Source of the DNA: Octopus vulgaris
Lineage: Eukaryota
Assembly: GCA_951406725.2 (NCBI GenBank)
Contig: OX597823.1
Location: 6,820,001-6,884,000, forward strand
Length of the DNA: 64,000 nt
Direction of reading: 5' to 3'
Shown: positions 12,640 to 26,657 of the stretch, piece by piece
Position numbering within the stretch: the first letter of the stretch is position 1
Layout of the letters: each line of letters begins with the position of its first letter
Position numbers and translations under genes: made by a program
The notes under the pieces: generated by a model
The model's input: only the letters and a program-made list of their open reading frames with translations
What the model was told of the DNA's origin: nothing
The model's database searches: none

Positions 12640-15500
12640 TCATATGTTGTAGTGTGTGTTAGTGCTCCATTCTAGTTTTCTATTCAGGCTAGGTTTATTT
12701 TCTATTATGTGTGTAGCTTCTGTAATTTGTCTAATTGTTGCATCTGATCTATGTGTGGATAATATTTTAATTTCTATATTATTGATTGATCCCCCGTGTT
12801 CCTGTTCGGCGTGTTGGTACAGAATCGATGAGCTTTTACCTTCCTTGAGTTGTCTCCAATGCTCATTTACCCGCTCTCCTATGCTTCTTGTCGTTTCCCC
12901 TACGTATGTCGTTGTCTTGTTACTGCATCGTCCCTCTATACATCTTATACTATAGACTACATTTCTGGCTTTATAGTTTGTTTGTGGGCTAAATCTACAT
13001 ACAGTACAGTACTTATCCGTACAGGGGGTTCTACTAAAAGGATAGATTCTACCAATTGTAGATTTGATAGGGTTGCCTGGCTTTTCAACAACCTTAATTC
13101 TTAGCTTAAGTTTGTTTAGGGTCCTTCTAAAGCGGTACGCCAGTTCACCTCCAGGGATGGTGTCAACGAACATGACACTCTGGTATTTATGGCTATCATA
13201 CCAAGAGTTGACCTTCCCTATTTTCTTTTTTGTCCTTTCTATAGTGTTCCATGACTTGTTCCTATAGAGTGGGCAAATCCCATTCCTATCATTACATAAT
13301 ATATTATCAAATTTCTTCATGGTTCCTTTGTATACTCTGATAATTTCTTTATGGCTGTAACCTGAGAACTGCATGCGGTGAATGAAATATTGTATGTGTC
13401 TCTTTAACTCTGTGGGCTCGCACATGCGTGACACATTTCTCATTATTCTGACGAGGTCTACCATCAAAATATTGAATTTTGGCATTGTCCGCAATGGCTG
13501 AGTTCCGGTGGATCAAGTATTTTGAGGCCATAGGTTTGGCATAGTATGAATGAAGGATTTGGGTTTTATTATTCACAATTTCTAGCCAGAGTTCAGTGTC
13601 TAGTACTGGTAGTCTATGGTCGGGGTGTTTAGTGGGGTAGTCTATTGTGACCTTAATACTCTGGTGGATGGAGTTAGCTATTTGCTGGATGCTCTCCATA
13701 GTATTAGTTTCTATTACTATATCAACATTACTCTCTTGTGGGGGTGCCTTTACCACTATGTTGATATCATCAACATAGCGAGAGTACATGTTTACGAGTA
13801 TGGAGTTCTGTGTTAGGCGTTCTTTAAGCCTTCTGTCCCACCATACCATGAAAAGGTTGGACACATCACCAGCGATACTAACGCCGATGGCTGCCCCCTC
13901 GTCCTGGGCATATATTTTATTATTAAACTTAAACGTGTGGCCTTTTAGGGTAACTCTTATACTAGCTCCTAGTGCATGTGCGATCATTTTCTTTATCTGA
14001 TGGACATTTGCGGGGCTCCGTATGGCTCTGGTCCATCCGCGCCATCTTTCTATATGTGTCTTCCTAGCCATAGAAGTAATTGTGGGCGGTCAACCTCTTA
14101 AACATCTACTGGGGCAGAAACTACTAAGATTATGTTTATCTAAGTATTCATTATTACATGTCAGTCTAAGTAGGAGGCCCAGTTCTTCTGTGTTGACATT
14201 ACGGAACTCCACCTGGCTCTCATTGATCATCTCCACGCACTTCTCCACCGCAAAATCTACGTCGATCGATGGGTATAGGGATACCACATCCATGCTACCC
14301 ACCATACATCCTGTCAGGTCACAAGTGCTGTTACAGTCATCGATCCCGCTGAGGAGATCTTCTGTGCTGTCACAAACATCAGGTGACATCTGGATTATAG
14401 GGCGTATGATCATTGAGAGGAAGTAGGAGATTCTGTAATTGCTAGCGATATTCGCTCCATAGACTGGTCTTGTTGGTGGTCCTGCTATAGGGTCAGTAAT
14501 TACTTTATGGTCCTTGCGAAGTCCATACAGTGCCGGGATATCATTGTTCCAGGCTTGAAAATTATTGCTGTACGTTTCTGGGGTCCCAGAACAATTGTCC
14601 ACATCATCATGTGGGCGTTGAGGACCTTTTCTCTCTCCTCATGTGCCTGAACAGTTGTTATTTTTGTATTGGCGATATGAGGTTGCATTGCCTGGATGTA
14701 GTTCGGTAAGCTGTCTATTGACATCCTGCCGGACTTATCTGTGGGAAGGCATACCACCTCACCGTTCCTCGTGCGCTGAATGAGCTTATGTAGGCCACAT
14801 GCAGGTTTAATCCCGAGTTGTTGGGCCTTTGTCTTATTCTGTCTCTGTCTCTTAGTGTATAATCCTAAAATCTGTCTAAGTTTGGTCCTAGCTATAGTGA
14901 ACTGTGCTTCCATATGGTCATTAGTATGTCTTGGGATGTAGACTCTTTTGTTGAAGGGTAATGTTGTTGGATAAACCCGGCTCATGCAGTAAGTTTTGTC
15001 ACATACGTTGAAGAATTGAGTGTCAAAGGGGTGAGCATACATGTCAATGGTCATTCTAGGGTTATCTTCATTATTGTTACTGTTTCCATCATCAGCCTCC
15101 CTATTATTATTACCACCATTACCACTACTACTATTATTACTATAACCACCACAACTACCATCATTACTACTTCTATTGTTACCACCACCACTACTACTAC
15201 CACCACTATTATTGTTATTACCATTATTCCTACCATTGCCATTATTACTATCATTCTGATTATCGCTAGTGATATTTTCATTGTTCTTGTTTCTGGTGTA
15301 TGTATTGTTCATATTAGTGTTGGGTTTTATGTCTGTCTGTTGGTCCCGGTCATTCCCTCTGTTGTGGTTGTTATTTTTGTTCCTACGAGTATTGTTATCT
15401 GTTTCAAGTCTACTGACTCCCTGTCCAAGGATTCTGTTGCATTCAACTTTATTTTCCATCGTGACCCCCATGACACAACTTTTATTCGTGTCTTTGTGAC
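12640..15500 (-). pseudogene. PLE polyprotein (RT + GIY-YIG endonuclease), broken by about three frameshifts
   Basis: ORFs 14500-15534, 14090-14602, 13349-14071 and 12640-13494 carry the motifs in the expected order. Confidence 0.9.
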
Positions 15501-15674
15501 TATGGTTAAAACAAAGGACCACTGATGCGGTCACAGGAGTGTGACGAAAGAATTCTGGCCGAAATAAGATTCAGATTAATGTAAAAAATAAATAACACTG
15601 AAGCAAAATAACACCAAATATATAGTGCGTGTGTTTTTATTGGCTAAACTGGCAATATGACCATTCCGAAATAT

Positions 15675-15742
<68 letters not shown>

Positions 15743-15746
<4 letters not shown>

Positions 15747-15986
15747 ATATAGAAGGACCTTCTACAGGACTAGAACTGTTTCATTCAAAAGAAATCATCA
15801 GGAAGCTAGTTGACAAGAGTTGTTTTGGCATTTATACATTTAGGCAGGTTTAAAGGGGTGGTGGGGGGGACTTTTTAGGGGTAGGCATGGCACAAAACTA
15901 TCATTATTAGGGGAGTGGTCAAAGGAGTCGGTGGTAAAGTAGATAAAAGAATAAATAAAAGAATAAAAGAATAAATAGAAAAATAT
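15743..15986 (-). repeat. ~245-bp PLE-terminus-like repeat; inverted copy at 21760-22003
   Basis: Near-identical reverse complements; contains ctgatga..gaaac. Confidence 0.85.
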
Positions 15987-16167
15987 TTGGTTATATATAT
16001 ATATATATATATATAGACTATTCACATATTGTATGTGTACACTTGTATATATGGTTTGTATATATGTATAGAAATGTATGGGTGTTAGTAGGAATATACG
16101 CATGTATGTGAGTGCGTGTATATGAATGTGTATGTGTATGTACATGTGTATGTGTATGTGTGGGGTT

Positions 16168-16203
<36 letters not shown>

Positions 16204-16234
16204 CGCCAGAAAGAAGCAACAAGAATGGATAGGT

Positions 16235-16325
16235 TTTTAGTACAATCGTTTCATACAAGGGCAGGTTTTATTAAAAGTTGCAAAAATTACAGCATATAAA
16301 CGTGTCCTGTACTCATCAGCTAAAA
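16235..16325 (-). ncRNA. Type I hammerhead ribozyme with canonical core and long stem II insertion
   Basis: ttttag-CTGATGA-gtacagg...cttgtat-GAAA-c(gatt)g-TA-ctaaaa; stem I 6 bp, stem II 7 bp. Confidence 0.85.
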
Positions 16326-17787
16326 TACATGTGAGTTCTCTAGACATCCTATTGGTTGAGGCTATACTCATGAAGTAGATAATTAAGTAACATAAACAGA
16401 TTTCCAAAGTTCATTAAAGTTCTTTAAAGATGATGTACAGTCTTATCACAGAATTTTAAAAAGTTTTAACAGCATCACAGAGAAGGTGACCTAATCCATA
16501 GTGCACATATGAATTTCCAGAGATATGATGAGGGATTACATACTCACAGACGACAAATTTATCCATTGTTAATCACAACGAGGTGGGTCTCAGTTCCTGC
16601 TTATTAGCATTACAGAGAGGGTGAATTAATCCTTTGTATAGATGCACAATTTCCAATGGTGTAGATGTAAATTTCCAGGGAAATGAAGAGGAATTTCATA
16701 TTCACAGGCGATAAATTTATCAATGGTTGAACACAATGAGGTAGGTATCAATTCTTGTTATATGATTAGGTATTTGCCACATTACTGCTATTTACAAGAG
16801 GCTGTAGCTATTTAACTTTTAAAGGCTGAAGGGCTTTCTAGAGAGGCAAAGAATAGAAAAGGGGAGGGGATAGAAGAAAAGAGAGAAGATAAAGGAGGAG
16901 GGAGCAAAAAGGGGGGAGAGGGACTAAAAGAGAAGAGAAAAGGGAAAAGAGAATAGGAAGAAGAAAAAGAAAAAAGAGAAAAGAGAAAGAAATAGGCAAA
17001 AGAAGGGAAAAAAGAAAAAAGAAAAAGAAAAAAGAAAAAGAAAAAAGAGGGTTCTATTTATACAGAAGAATTAGCAGCCGGCAAGTCTGGTTTTACTTTA
17101 CAGGCATCTAGGAACTAGAGTAGAATATTATTCTTTGACCAGTAAAACAGCTAATTTATTGCTGTTGAAATCAGCTGTGAATTTAAAGAGAATCTAAAGA
17201 GATAACATAGTCAGGGGTTTAGGGGTCAGATGCTAAAATCAAAAGAAAATACATTAGGAAAATCTAAGTATAATCTTATCAAAAAGTCATAAAGTTTATT
17301 TATTTAATTTATTCATTATATTGTCTTAAGGAGTTGCCTTTATTATTCATACATTGACGGACTACAGGTCAAATCTTAGAAGATCATTTACAAGGTGTTA
17401 GGGGATTGTCTATCATAATGAAGATAATCATATTATCACCGAGGGAGTAGCCTTATTTATTTAATTTTGAAATAGAATTATGGGGCTAGAGTAACTCATT
17501 TTATTTTATTAGAGTTATGCTACTTAAATTAGATTAAGTTAGGAATTAAAATTACAAATTACAATTAAGATTTAAAATTAAGAATTTAAAATTTTGAGTT
17601 TGAAATTAAATAAAGCCTCAATTAAGCAGCGTATAAGTACTATTCATTTCCCTGTTCTCAAAAAAAACTGATGCAGATATAAGGAAAAAGATAACTGTAG
17701 TGTGAGAACTCTTAGTTATCTACTTAAAGCAGTGTTATACTAGTAGAAATCAAGTTATATTTATCTATCTAGTTACGAATATTCTAA

Positions 17788-19583
17788 TCATTTAAAATAT
17801 TTTAAAGTCTTCAATTTAGCGTGGACACAAACTTGACCTAGTTCGATATGGTTATTCAATAAGTTTCTATGTTTTCTATGCTTTAGAATTTCATACGTCT
17901 CCATGGAGCATAGTTGGCAACCAACCCTACTATTTTTGTACGGAATTGCTCTCCTAACTATTTCCCAATTAAGGTTATAATTATTATTATTATTTTTGAG
18001 TTCCCAGATTTTGTTTGAAAGTGTGGTGGTACCAGCTTTATGACGTAATTTAAAAGACGAGATGTGATTTCTAACTCTAGAAAGAAAATTAATTGTACAT
18101 CCAATGTAAAAATATTTGTTATTCTCCGTGGATATGGTACATTTATAGATTACATTATTTTCCCCACATAGACCAGGTGCCGGGCATTTTGATTTTATTC
18201 TACACTTACACACAGGAGGAACAACTTCAGGCTTTGGATTATTCTTGGGTAGATGTCTTAGGTTCCTATTACTTTGATTATCATTTCTATAGTTAGTTCT
18301 GATATCTAAAGTATTGTTATTATTTATTGATCTTTCTGTTTCATCATTTAGGTCTAAAGTCCTACCATGATTTCTTATATTATTGGTAATGTTACTATTA
18401 TTGTTGTTAGTCTTTTTATCCGACTGCATATTGTTGTTATAGATATCACTGATATTTTCATTCTCCTTATTTTCTCCATTAGCCTTATTTCTATTATTTC
18501 TATTATTAACATTATTACTTCTATTAATATCGGCATTGTTATTATTACTATTAATGTTAATGTTATTAGTCATTCTGTGGTTACTAATTTCACCTATGTT
18601 TTGATAGTTACTATTGCTGTTTTTATCGTTGGTAGTATTAATATAATTGCTATTGGTATTCATGCTGATATTATTATTTTTATTTCTATCTTTCCTGGCT
18701 AGTTTAATGTTGTTATTATTAATCTTAGCTATTAAAGTGGACATATTTGGGAGGGTTGAATAAGAAATCCTAACTGTTTTCCTAGAAATAATTCTATGAT
18801 ATCTATGAGAGATAGGGAAATTTTTTTCCAGAATTACTTTGAATTTGTTCTGTATATCCGATTGTATCGCACAGTTGAAAGGAATATTCAGCCATAATAT
18901 ATCTTTTTTATTAAATTTAGGGTTATTAGAATTACTGCTATTCATCTCACCAGAGTTATTGTATTTATTACCATTATTTTTATTTTTATTTGTGTGCATC
19001 TTAGGTTTATCTACTTCGATATTATCCGATTTACCTATTTTCTGGTCAATGCTTCTATTTGAATTGTTGGGCCTGTACGCTAGATTTGCGTTTACCGTTA
19101 ATTTAATTCTACTTTTATTTCGGGCTTGGTCTGTATTGCTGCTTACGTGATTACTGATAACTTCATTATTAGGAATACATGAGTTCCCCTTATCAACGAA
19201 TGTAATCTTTTGGTTGTATCCAGCCTTGGTTAACGCCGCATTATAATGCTCAGAATGGGAGTTAAATATATCCTTATTGGATGATAATTTTGAAATTCTT
19301 AATGAAATATTTCTTACTAAAGATTCTATTATATTTGGGGGATGATTTGATAATTTATTTACGTAATTCGTGATTTCGCCTTCCTTTCTAAATGGGTAAT
19401 GTAGCTTGGAGTTCAGGTCTAGCGTAATATCTAGGAAGTTAACTATTTTAGTGCCCGGTTCATACGTTATACTGAGGTTGAAATCCTTAAAGAACTTATT
19501 AATTTTCTTTCTAATCCTTTCTATAACAGATTTATTATTACTAGGGATAACAAACAGAGCATCATCCCTATATAGACCCCCCA

Positions 19584-19584
<1 letters not shown>
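17788..19584 (-). CDS. Naiad PLE RT C-terminal half + Asn-rich inserts + GIY-YIG endonuclease (5'-truncated, frame open)
   Basis: [93 protein letters not shown]. Confidence 0.88.
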
Positions 19585-19621
<37 letters not shown>

Positions 19622-20122
19622 GTGTATGTGTATGTATGTGTATGTATGTATATATATATATATATGTATATATATGTGTATGTATGTGTATGTATGTATA
19701 TGTATGTATATGTATATATGTATATATGTGTACGCTCGTGTGTTTATGTATATGTAGGTATGTAGAGTTATGTGTATGTGCATGTATATATGTATATATA
19801 CATATGTGTAAATAGGTATATATGTGTATGTTTATATGTATGTTTCCGTCTGTATAAAAGGTAACTGCATGTATATATATTTATTATTTATTATTTATTA
19901 TTTATTACTTGAGTATGCGTTTGTATGCATGTATGTATTTATGTATATAAGGAGGCGCGTGAGTGTGTGTATGCATTTGTATAAACATATGCATACATTT
20001 ATGCATGTATGTACTTGTGTGTATATATGTATATATATATATATATGTGTATGTGTGTATATATATATATGGGGATGTGTGTGTATGTGTATATGTGTGT
20101 ATATATATATATATGTTTGTAC

Positions 20123-20180
<58 letters not shown>

Positions 20181-21114
20181 ACGCTTGTGTGTTTATGTAT
20201 ATGTAGGTATGTAGAGTTATGTGTGTATGGATGTATATATACATATGTGTAAATAGGTATATATGTGTATGTTTATATGTATGTATCCGTCTGTATAATG
20301 GGTAACTGCACGTATATATATTTATTATTTATTATTTGAGTATGCATGTATGTATATATGTATATGTCTGTATGCATGTATGTATTTATGAATATAAGGA
20401 GGCGCGTGTGTGTGTGTATGTGTATGCATATGTATAGACATATGTATACATTTATGCATGTATGTACTTATGTGTACATATAGATGCGCGTGTGTGTGTA
20501 TGTGTACGCATATATATATATATGTGTGTGTATGTGTATATATGGATGTATGTATATGTGTATGTATATGTATATGTATATATATGTATATATATATGTA
20601 TGTGTATGTATGTGTATGTATGTGTATTCGTATATGTGTATAAATTTATTAGTGTATATGTATGGACTAGTCTTCTGTGGGTGTATTGAGGTGTGTATGT
20701 GTATGCGTGTAGATATGAATATGTAGGTACGTGTACGTATGTGTATATACGTGAATGTATGTAGATGTATGTATGTATGAATATAACACGTGCGTGTGTG
20801 TATGTGTATGAGTGTACGTGTGAGTGTGTGCGTGAGTGAGTGTTTGTGTTCGTATCAGTGAGTAGAAAGATAAATGGACTCTTTAGACCATCCCTTGGGA
20901 CAACAGCCGGGATGGCTGTCCGAGGTCAAGATAAAAATAAAGAGATAAACAAAAGTAATGATAAAATTAAAATAAGGGAATAAAAATGTGTGTGTATGTG
21001 TGTGCATGTATATGCATGTGTATGTGTGCGTATGTATATATATGTGCGAGTGTGTATACATGTATGTATGTGTATGTGTGTGTGTATATGTATATATGTA
21101 TATACATGTGTATA

Positions 21115-21145
<31 letters not shown>

Positions 21146-21200
21146 GTATGGGTTTGTATGTGTATGTATGTATGTATATATATGTGTATATGGGTATGTG

Positions 21201-21233
<33 letters not shown>

Positions 21234-21236
21234 ATG

Positions 21237-21274
<38 letters not shown>

Positions 21275-21619
21275 TATATATGGATATGTGAGCGTGTGTG
21301 TATGGGGGTGTATATCCCCTCTTATTTATATTTATATATTTATTTATATATATATGTGTGTGTAGACATATATAAGTGAGTGTATGTATGAGTATGGGTA
21401 TGGGCGTGTACGTAGATACATGTATATGGGTACATTGTACATGTGTATATAGGTGTATGTGTGTATGTGTACGTATGTGTATGTGTATATATGTATATGT
21501 CTATGTATGCATATATGTGTGTATATGTATGTATGTATATGTACACATATGTGTATGTGTGTGTATATGGACATGTGTGTGCATATATGTATGTATGTGT
21601 GTGTATATATGTATATGTA

Positions 21620-21660
<41 letters not shown>

Positions 21661-21665
21661 ATGTG

Positions 21666-21705
<40 letters not shown>

Positions 21706-22435
21706 CATGTGGGTGTATGTATATGTATAAGTGAGAGTCTCCTTATTTACCTAAAACTCTATTTTTCTATTTATTCTTTTATTCTTTTATTTATTCTTTT
21801 ATCTACTTTACCACCGACTCCATTGACCACTCCCCTAATAATGATAGTTTTGTGCCATGCCTACCCCTAAAAAGTCCCCCACCACCACCCCTTTAAACCT
21901 GCCTAAATGTATAAATGCCAAAACAACTCTTGCCAACTAGCTTCCTGATGATTTCTTTTGAATGAAACAGTTCTAGTCCTGTAGAAGCTCCTTCTATATA
22001 ATAAATTAATTTACTCTGCTATGTATTGAGTACCTTATTTACTGTGGTTAACCCCGACTCAACCCGGGACCTACATATATATATATATATATATATAAAT
22101 TATATTAGAGATAAAATCACTATTAGGCAAATCAAACAGTGAAAAACATAAACCAATACATAAAAATGAATATAATTTATATAATATACAAAATATATAA
22201 AATTTAAAATTTAAATTATTTAAATTTAATTTTTTTAATTTATATTTATAATTTTTTATATTTTTTATATATTTTTTTAAAATTCTAAATTTATAAATTT
22301 TTAAACATTTAAACTTTTAATTTTTAAAAATTTAAATATATTTAACTATCAAAAAGTATTAGAAAGTTTAATATAAGATAATAAGTAATATATTCATCAA
22401 GTTTCGATTGGGGAGCAAATATTTAAGAAAAGTAG

Positions 22436-22670
22436 AAGTGGATTGGTAGCACAATTAGAAAAGACACCAAATGTAGCGAAAAGTGCTTTTCAGTGGAATA
22501 CGAATGGATATAGAAAGAAGGGTGAGCCTAAGAACTCATGGCGGAAATCAACACAAAAGGAACTAGAGAAAGGGGGGACATTCATGGCAGAGTATTAATA
22601 CAGAAGCGGAAAATTATGCGACATGGAATTCAACTATAAGTGGCCTATACTCCGCGTTAGAGGGTTAACG
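22436..22670 (+). mobile_element. RTE-clade LINE 3' fragment
   Basis: KWIGSTIRK..VAKSAFQWNTNGYRKKGEPKNSWRKST resembles the RTE C-terminal WxGH..W.P.G.R.RGRP..TW motif. Confidence 0.65.
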
Positions 22671-22687
22671 TGAGGAAAGAAGAAAAG

Positions 22688-22742
<55 letters not shown>

Positions 22743-23462
22743 TGGATTGATATATATATATATATATATATGAATGGATTGATATATGAACATATGTGTA
22801 TGTGAGTGTTTGTGCATATATTGTATGTACACATTGTGTGTTCATCATTTAAAAAGCAGTATGTCCTAACTGCTTTTGATGTGATAAACACACCCCCACC
22901 AACGCTCAGCTGTGCTGGATACCGCTTACACTGGCCTCGAGACTTTGCATAGAATACATGTTGCACGATAAAGTGCTCATTTTATCAACACCAGCAATAC
23001 AAATAATGACGGTCTACAAGCGAATATATGGTTAGAGACCACACTTGGAACCAATATGCATGAACAGACCCCTTCATCAGTGCATGTACTAAGGGCATGA
23101 AATCATGACTATATTAATATTGCTTTAGGTTGGGTTGTTTAATTGTTTTATTCTTTCATCAAATTGCCTACTTTGACCAGACACGCCTCAAGGAGTAACT
23201 TCACCGGAACATGTAGCTCCATCCAACTAAACTCGGATATAGTCATGCATGAAAACGTACACATAAATCTATAGATGTATGTATAAAGCTATATACACAT
23301 ATGTATCTTTAGGTGTGTGTGTGTGTGTGTGAATGTATGTGTGTATTTATGTGTATGTTTACATGGGTACCTATAAATGTTTGTGTGCGTGATTTTACAT
23401 AATTATATACATGTCTGTGTGATTTTATATATATATATATATTAATTTACATATATATATTA

Positions 23463-23529
<67 letters not shown>

Positions 23530-23542
23530 GGTGTGTGTGTGT

Positions 23543-23820
23543 GTGAAGACGCAATGGCCCAGTGGTTAGGGCAGCGGACTCGTGGTTTCGATTCCCAGAC
23601 CAGGCGTTATGAGTGTTTATTGAGCGAAAACACCTAAAGCTCCACGAGGCTCCGGCAGGGGGTGTTGTACTCTTTCGCCACAACTTTCTCTCACTCTTTC
23701 TTCTGTTGGCCTGCTCGCTTAGCCAGCGGGGTGGCGTCATTTGAAGGCTAAAACAATGCGAAGCGCATTGTGACCAGCGATGTGTAGCAACATCTGAGAG
23801 CCTGGTCGGTCACGGTGATA
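23543..23820 (+). mobile_element. tRNA-derived SINE
   Basis: A box tggcccagtggttagg and B box ggtttcgattccc; embedded between microsatellites. Confidence 0.75.
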
Positions 23821-23889
23821 TATATATGTGTGTGTGTGTGCATGGTTTTATATGAATATATATATACGCTGTCATCTATACTCTTTCTC

Positions 23890-24286
23890 TCTTTTACTCT
23901 TTTACTTGTTTCAGTCATGTGACTGTGGCCATGCTGAAGCACCGCATTTAGTCGATCAAATCGACCCTGGGATTTATTCTTTGTAAGCCTAGTACTTATT
24001 TTATCGGTTCTTTTCTGCCGAACCGCTAAGTTACGGGGACGTAAACACACCAGCATCAGTTGTCAAGCGATGTTGGAGGGACAAACACAGACACACAAAC
24101 ACGAACATACATACATATATACGACGGGCTTCTTTCAGTTTCCGTCTACCAAATCCACTCACAAGGCTTTGGTAGGCCCGAGGCAATAGTAGAAGGCACT
24201 TACCCAAGGTGCCACGCGGTGGGACTGAACCCGGAACCATGTGGTTCGTAAGCAAGCTACTTACCACACAGCCACTCCTACGCCTA
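23890..24286 (-). mobile_element. tRNA-derived SINE, full length, with CR1-like 3' tail (most abundant family in the window)
   Basis: Head taggcgtaggagtggctgtgtggtaag..gggttcagtccca; tail gcggtgcttcagcatggcc..ctgaaacaagtaaaagagtaaaagag. Confidence 0.9.
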
Positions 24287-24726
24287 TATGCATCATAAAC
24301 AACATTTTTTGAGTTAGTAGATAATAACTTGATTAGCAGTGGAAGAGAATGTTGATGGTGGTAGCGGAGACAGTTGGGGGTTGGTCCGGAAATACAGACG
24401 ATGTCCTGTAAGTCAGAAAGAGACTATTTAATATCTTACATAGAATTTGAAGATAACAATCGAAAACTTTAATTATAACAATTACAACGTTTGAATACGC
24501 ACAAATCACGTGAATACAGGTATGTATGAATACATTCATACCAGAATGTATGTATATATATTTGTATCTATGCATGTATGAGTGTATGTATGTATGTACA
24601 TATGTATGTATAGGATTATTTAGTTTTATTTCACTATGTTTTTTGCCAATGGAGGGCGCGCTGATTTCTAACCTAGATCCAATGCTCCTTCATTGCAGTT
24701 TCATTATCAACAAGGAAATTTGCATA

Positions 24727-25032
24727 TAGGCGCAGGAGCGGCTGTATGGTAAGTAGCTTGTTTACCAACCACATGGTTCCGGGTTCAGTCCCACTGCGTG
24801 ACACCTTGGCCAAGTGTCTTCTACTATAGCCTCGGGTCGACCAAAGCCTTGTCAGTGGATTTGGTAGACGGAAACTGAAAGAAGCCCGTCGTATATATGT
24901 ATGTATATATAAATAATTTACAAAATAAGGGCAAACGAAAAATTCTAATGCCAAATATGCCGAAAACAGACAAAATTGTCAATAACCATTATAATTTATG
25001 CGTCTCGAAACAAACCGATAGAAATTTCTATG

Positions 25033-25068
<36 letters not shown>

Positions 25069-25237
25069 TGTGTGTGTTTGTGTGTCTGTGTTTGTCCCCC
25101 TAGCATTGCTTGTCAACCGATGCTGGTGTGTTTATGTCCCCGTTACTTAGCGGTTCGGCAAAAGAGACCGATAGAATAAGTACTGGGCTTACAAAAGAGT
25201 ACGTCCCGGGGTCGAGTTGTTCGATTAAAGGCGGTGT
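24727..25237 (+). mobile_element. Same SINE family, internal microsatellite interrupted by an insert
   Basis: Head 24727-24893 and body about 25070-25237 match 23890-24286. Confidence 0.85.
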
Positions 25238-25729
25238 GAATAGTAAAAGAGTATATATGTGTGCAGATGAGCAGAACTTCAAATCAGTGTATGTACATAT
25301 TCGTATACTTCACTTTATACATGAATTCACATGTATATAGTTGCATGCCTAGTTGAATGTATACTTAGATAATAAATTTCTGGAAGGATTTAGATGTGGA
25401 CAGATGGTATTCGAATCAGCTTTCTCTTGTCTGGTTTTGAAAAGTCTAATTTCTCAAGATTAAGCAGAGCGTTACGTATTACAATGCCCACAATAATTAC
25501 AGATTACAAGTTCAGGTTTATACGTGAAATTATAATCTGGGTAGAGTAAGTGAAGATTTCTCAGGAGTTCAGTGTAGGCATTTTGTCTTTCGTTAATATT
25601 AGGATTTATTTTAACAGCCGCTGGTCATCTGATTTCCATAACTGTTTCCACTGGGATATTTCATACGTACTTCTTCCTATTATGAGTGGTTATGTCTTCT
25701 ATCGTACTGGACGTCTTAAGATATATATA

Positions 25730-26334
25730 CGTATGCACGTATGTATGTATGCATGCATGCATGTATGTATGTATGTATGTATGAATGTATGTATGTGTGT
25801 ATGTATGTATGTACGTTTGTATATATGTATGTATGTATGAAAGTATGTACGTATGTATGTACGTATGTACGTATGTATGCACGTATGTATGTATGAATGT
25901 ATGTATATATGTATGTATGTATGTGTGTATGTATGTATGTATATATGTATGCATGTATGTATGTATGTATGTATGTATGCATGCATGTATGTATATATGT
26001 ATGTATGTGTGTATGTATGTATGTATGTATATATGCATGTATGTATGTATGCATGTATGCATATATGCATGTATGTATGTATGCATGTATGTATATATGT
26101 ATGTATGTATGTGTGTATGTATGTATGTATATATGTATGCATGTATGTATGTATATATGTATGTATGTATGTATGCATGTATGTATATATGCATGTATGT
26201 GTGTATGTATGCATGCATGTATGCATATATGCATGTATGTATCTATGTATGTGTGCATGTATGTATATATGTAGTATGTATGTATGTATGTGTGCATGTA
26301 TGTATATATGCATGTATGCATGTATGTATGTATG

Positions 26335-26368
<34 letters not shown>

Positions 26369-26370
26369 TG

Positions 26371-26404
<34 letters not shown>

Positions 26405-26418
26405 TGTATGTATGTATG

Positions 26419-26454
<36 letters not shown>

Positions 26455-26492
26455 TGTATGTATGTATGTATGTATGTATGTATGTATGTATT

Positions 26493-26526
<34 letters not shown>

Positions 26527-26556
26527 TGTATGTATGTATGTATGTATGTATGTATG

Positions 26557-26592
<36 letters not shown>

Positions 26593-26657
26593 TGTATGTA
26601 TGTATGTATGTATGTATGTATGTATGTATGTATGTATGTATGTATGTATGTGTGTGT
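25730..26657. repeat. (TATG)n tetranucleotide satellite, about 0.93 kb
   Basis: Directly visible. Confidence 0.97.

Larger units (their letters stand above)
11680..15682 (-). mobile_element. Penelope-like element (Neptune-like) with inverted 5' pseudo-LTR; frameshifted
   Basis: Four overlapping ORFs: LPTDKSG; PALYGLRKDHK..PTRPV..SMDVVSLYPSI; GAAIG..YSRYVDDI..LPVLD; CTDKYCTVC linker + GIY-YIG (NVVYSIRC..YVGETTRSIGERVNEH..PSLN). 11680-11857 and 15507-15682 are inverted repeats. Confidence 0.92.
16203..19586 (-). mobile_element. Naiad-type Penelope-like element, 5'-truncated, inserted in (TA)n
   Basis: YRDD RT motif, CKCR..CP..GLC linker, GIY-YIG with CQLC..E; hammerhead near the 3' end; both ends abut (TA)n. 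Confidence 0.85.

Noticed and set aside
21936-21977. Functional hammerhead in the 245-bp inverted repeat
   Set aside because: Core motifs are present, but stem I pairs only with a 4-nt bulge and the base of stem II is mismatched; kept only as a weak motif.
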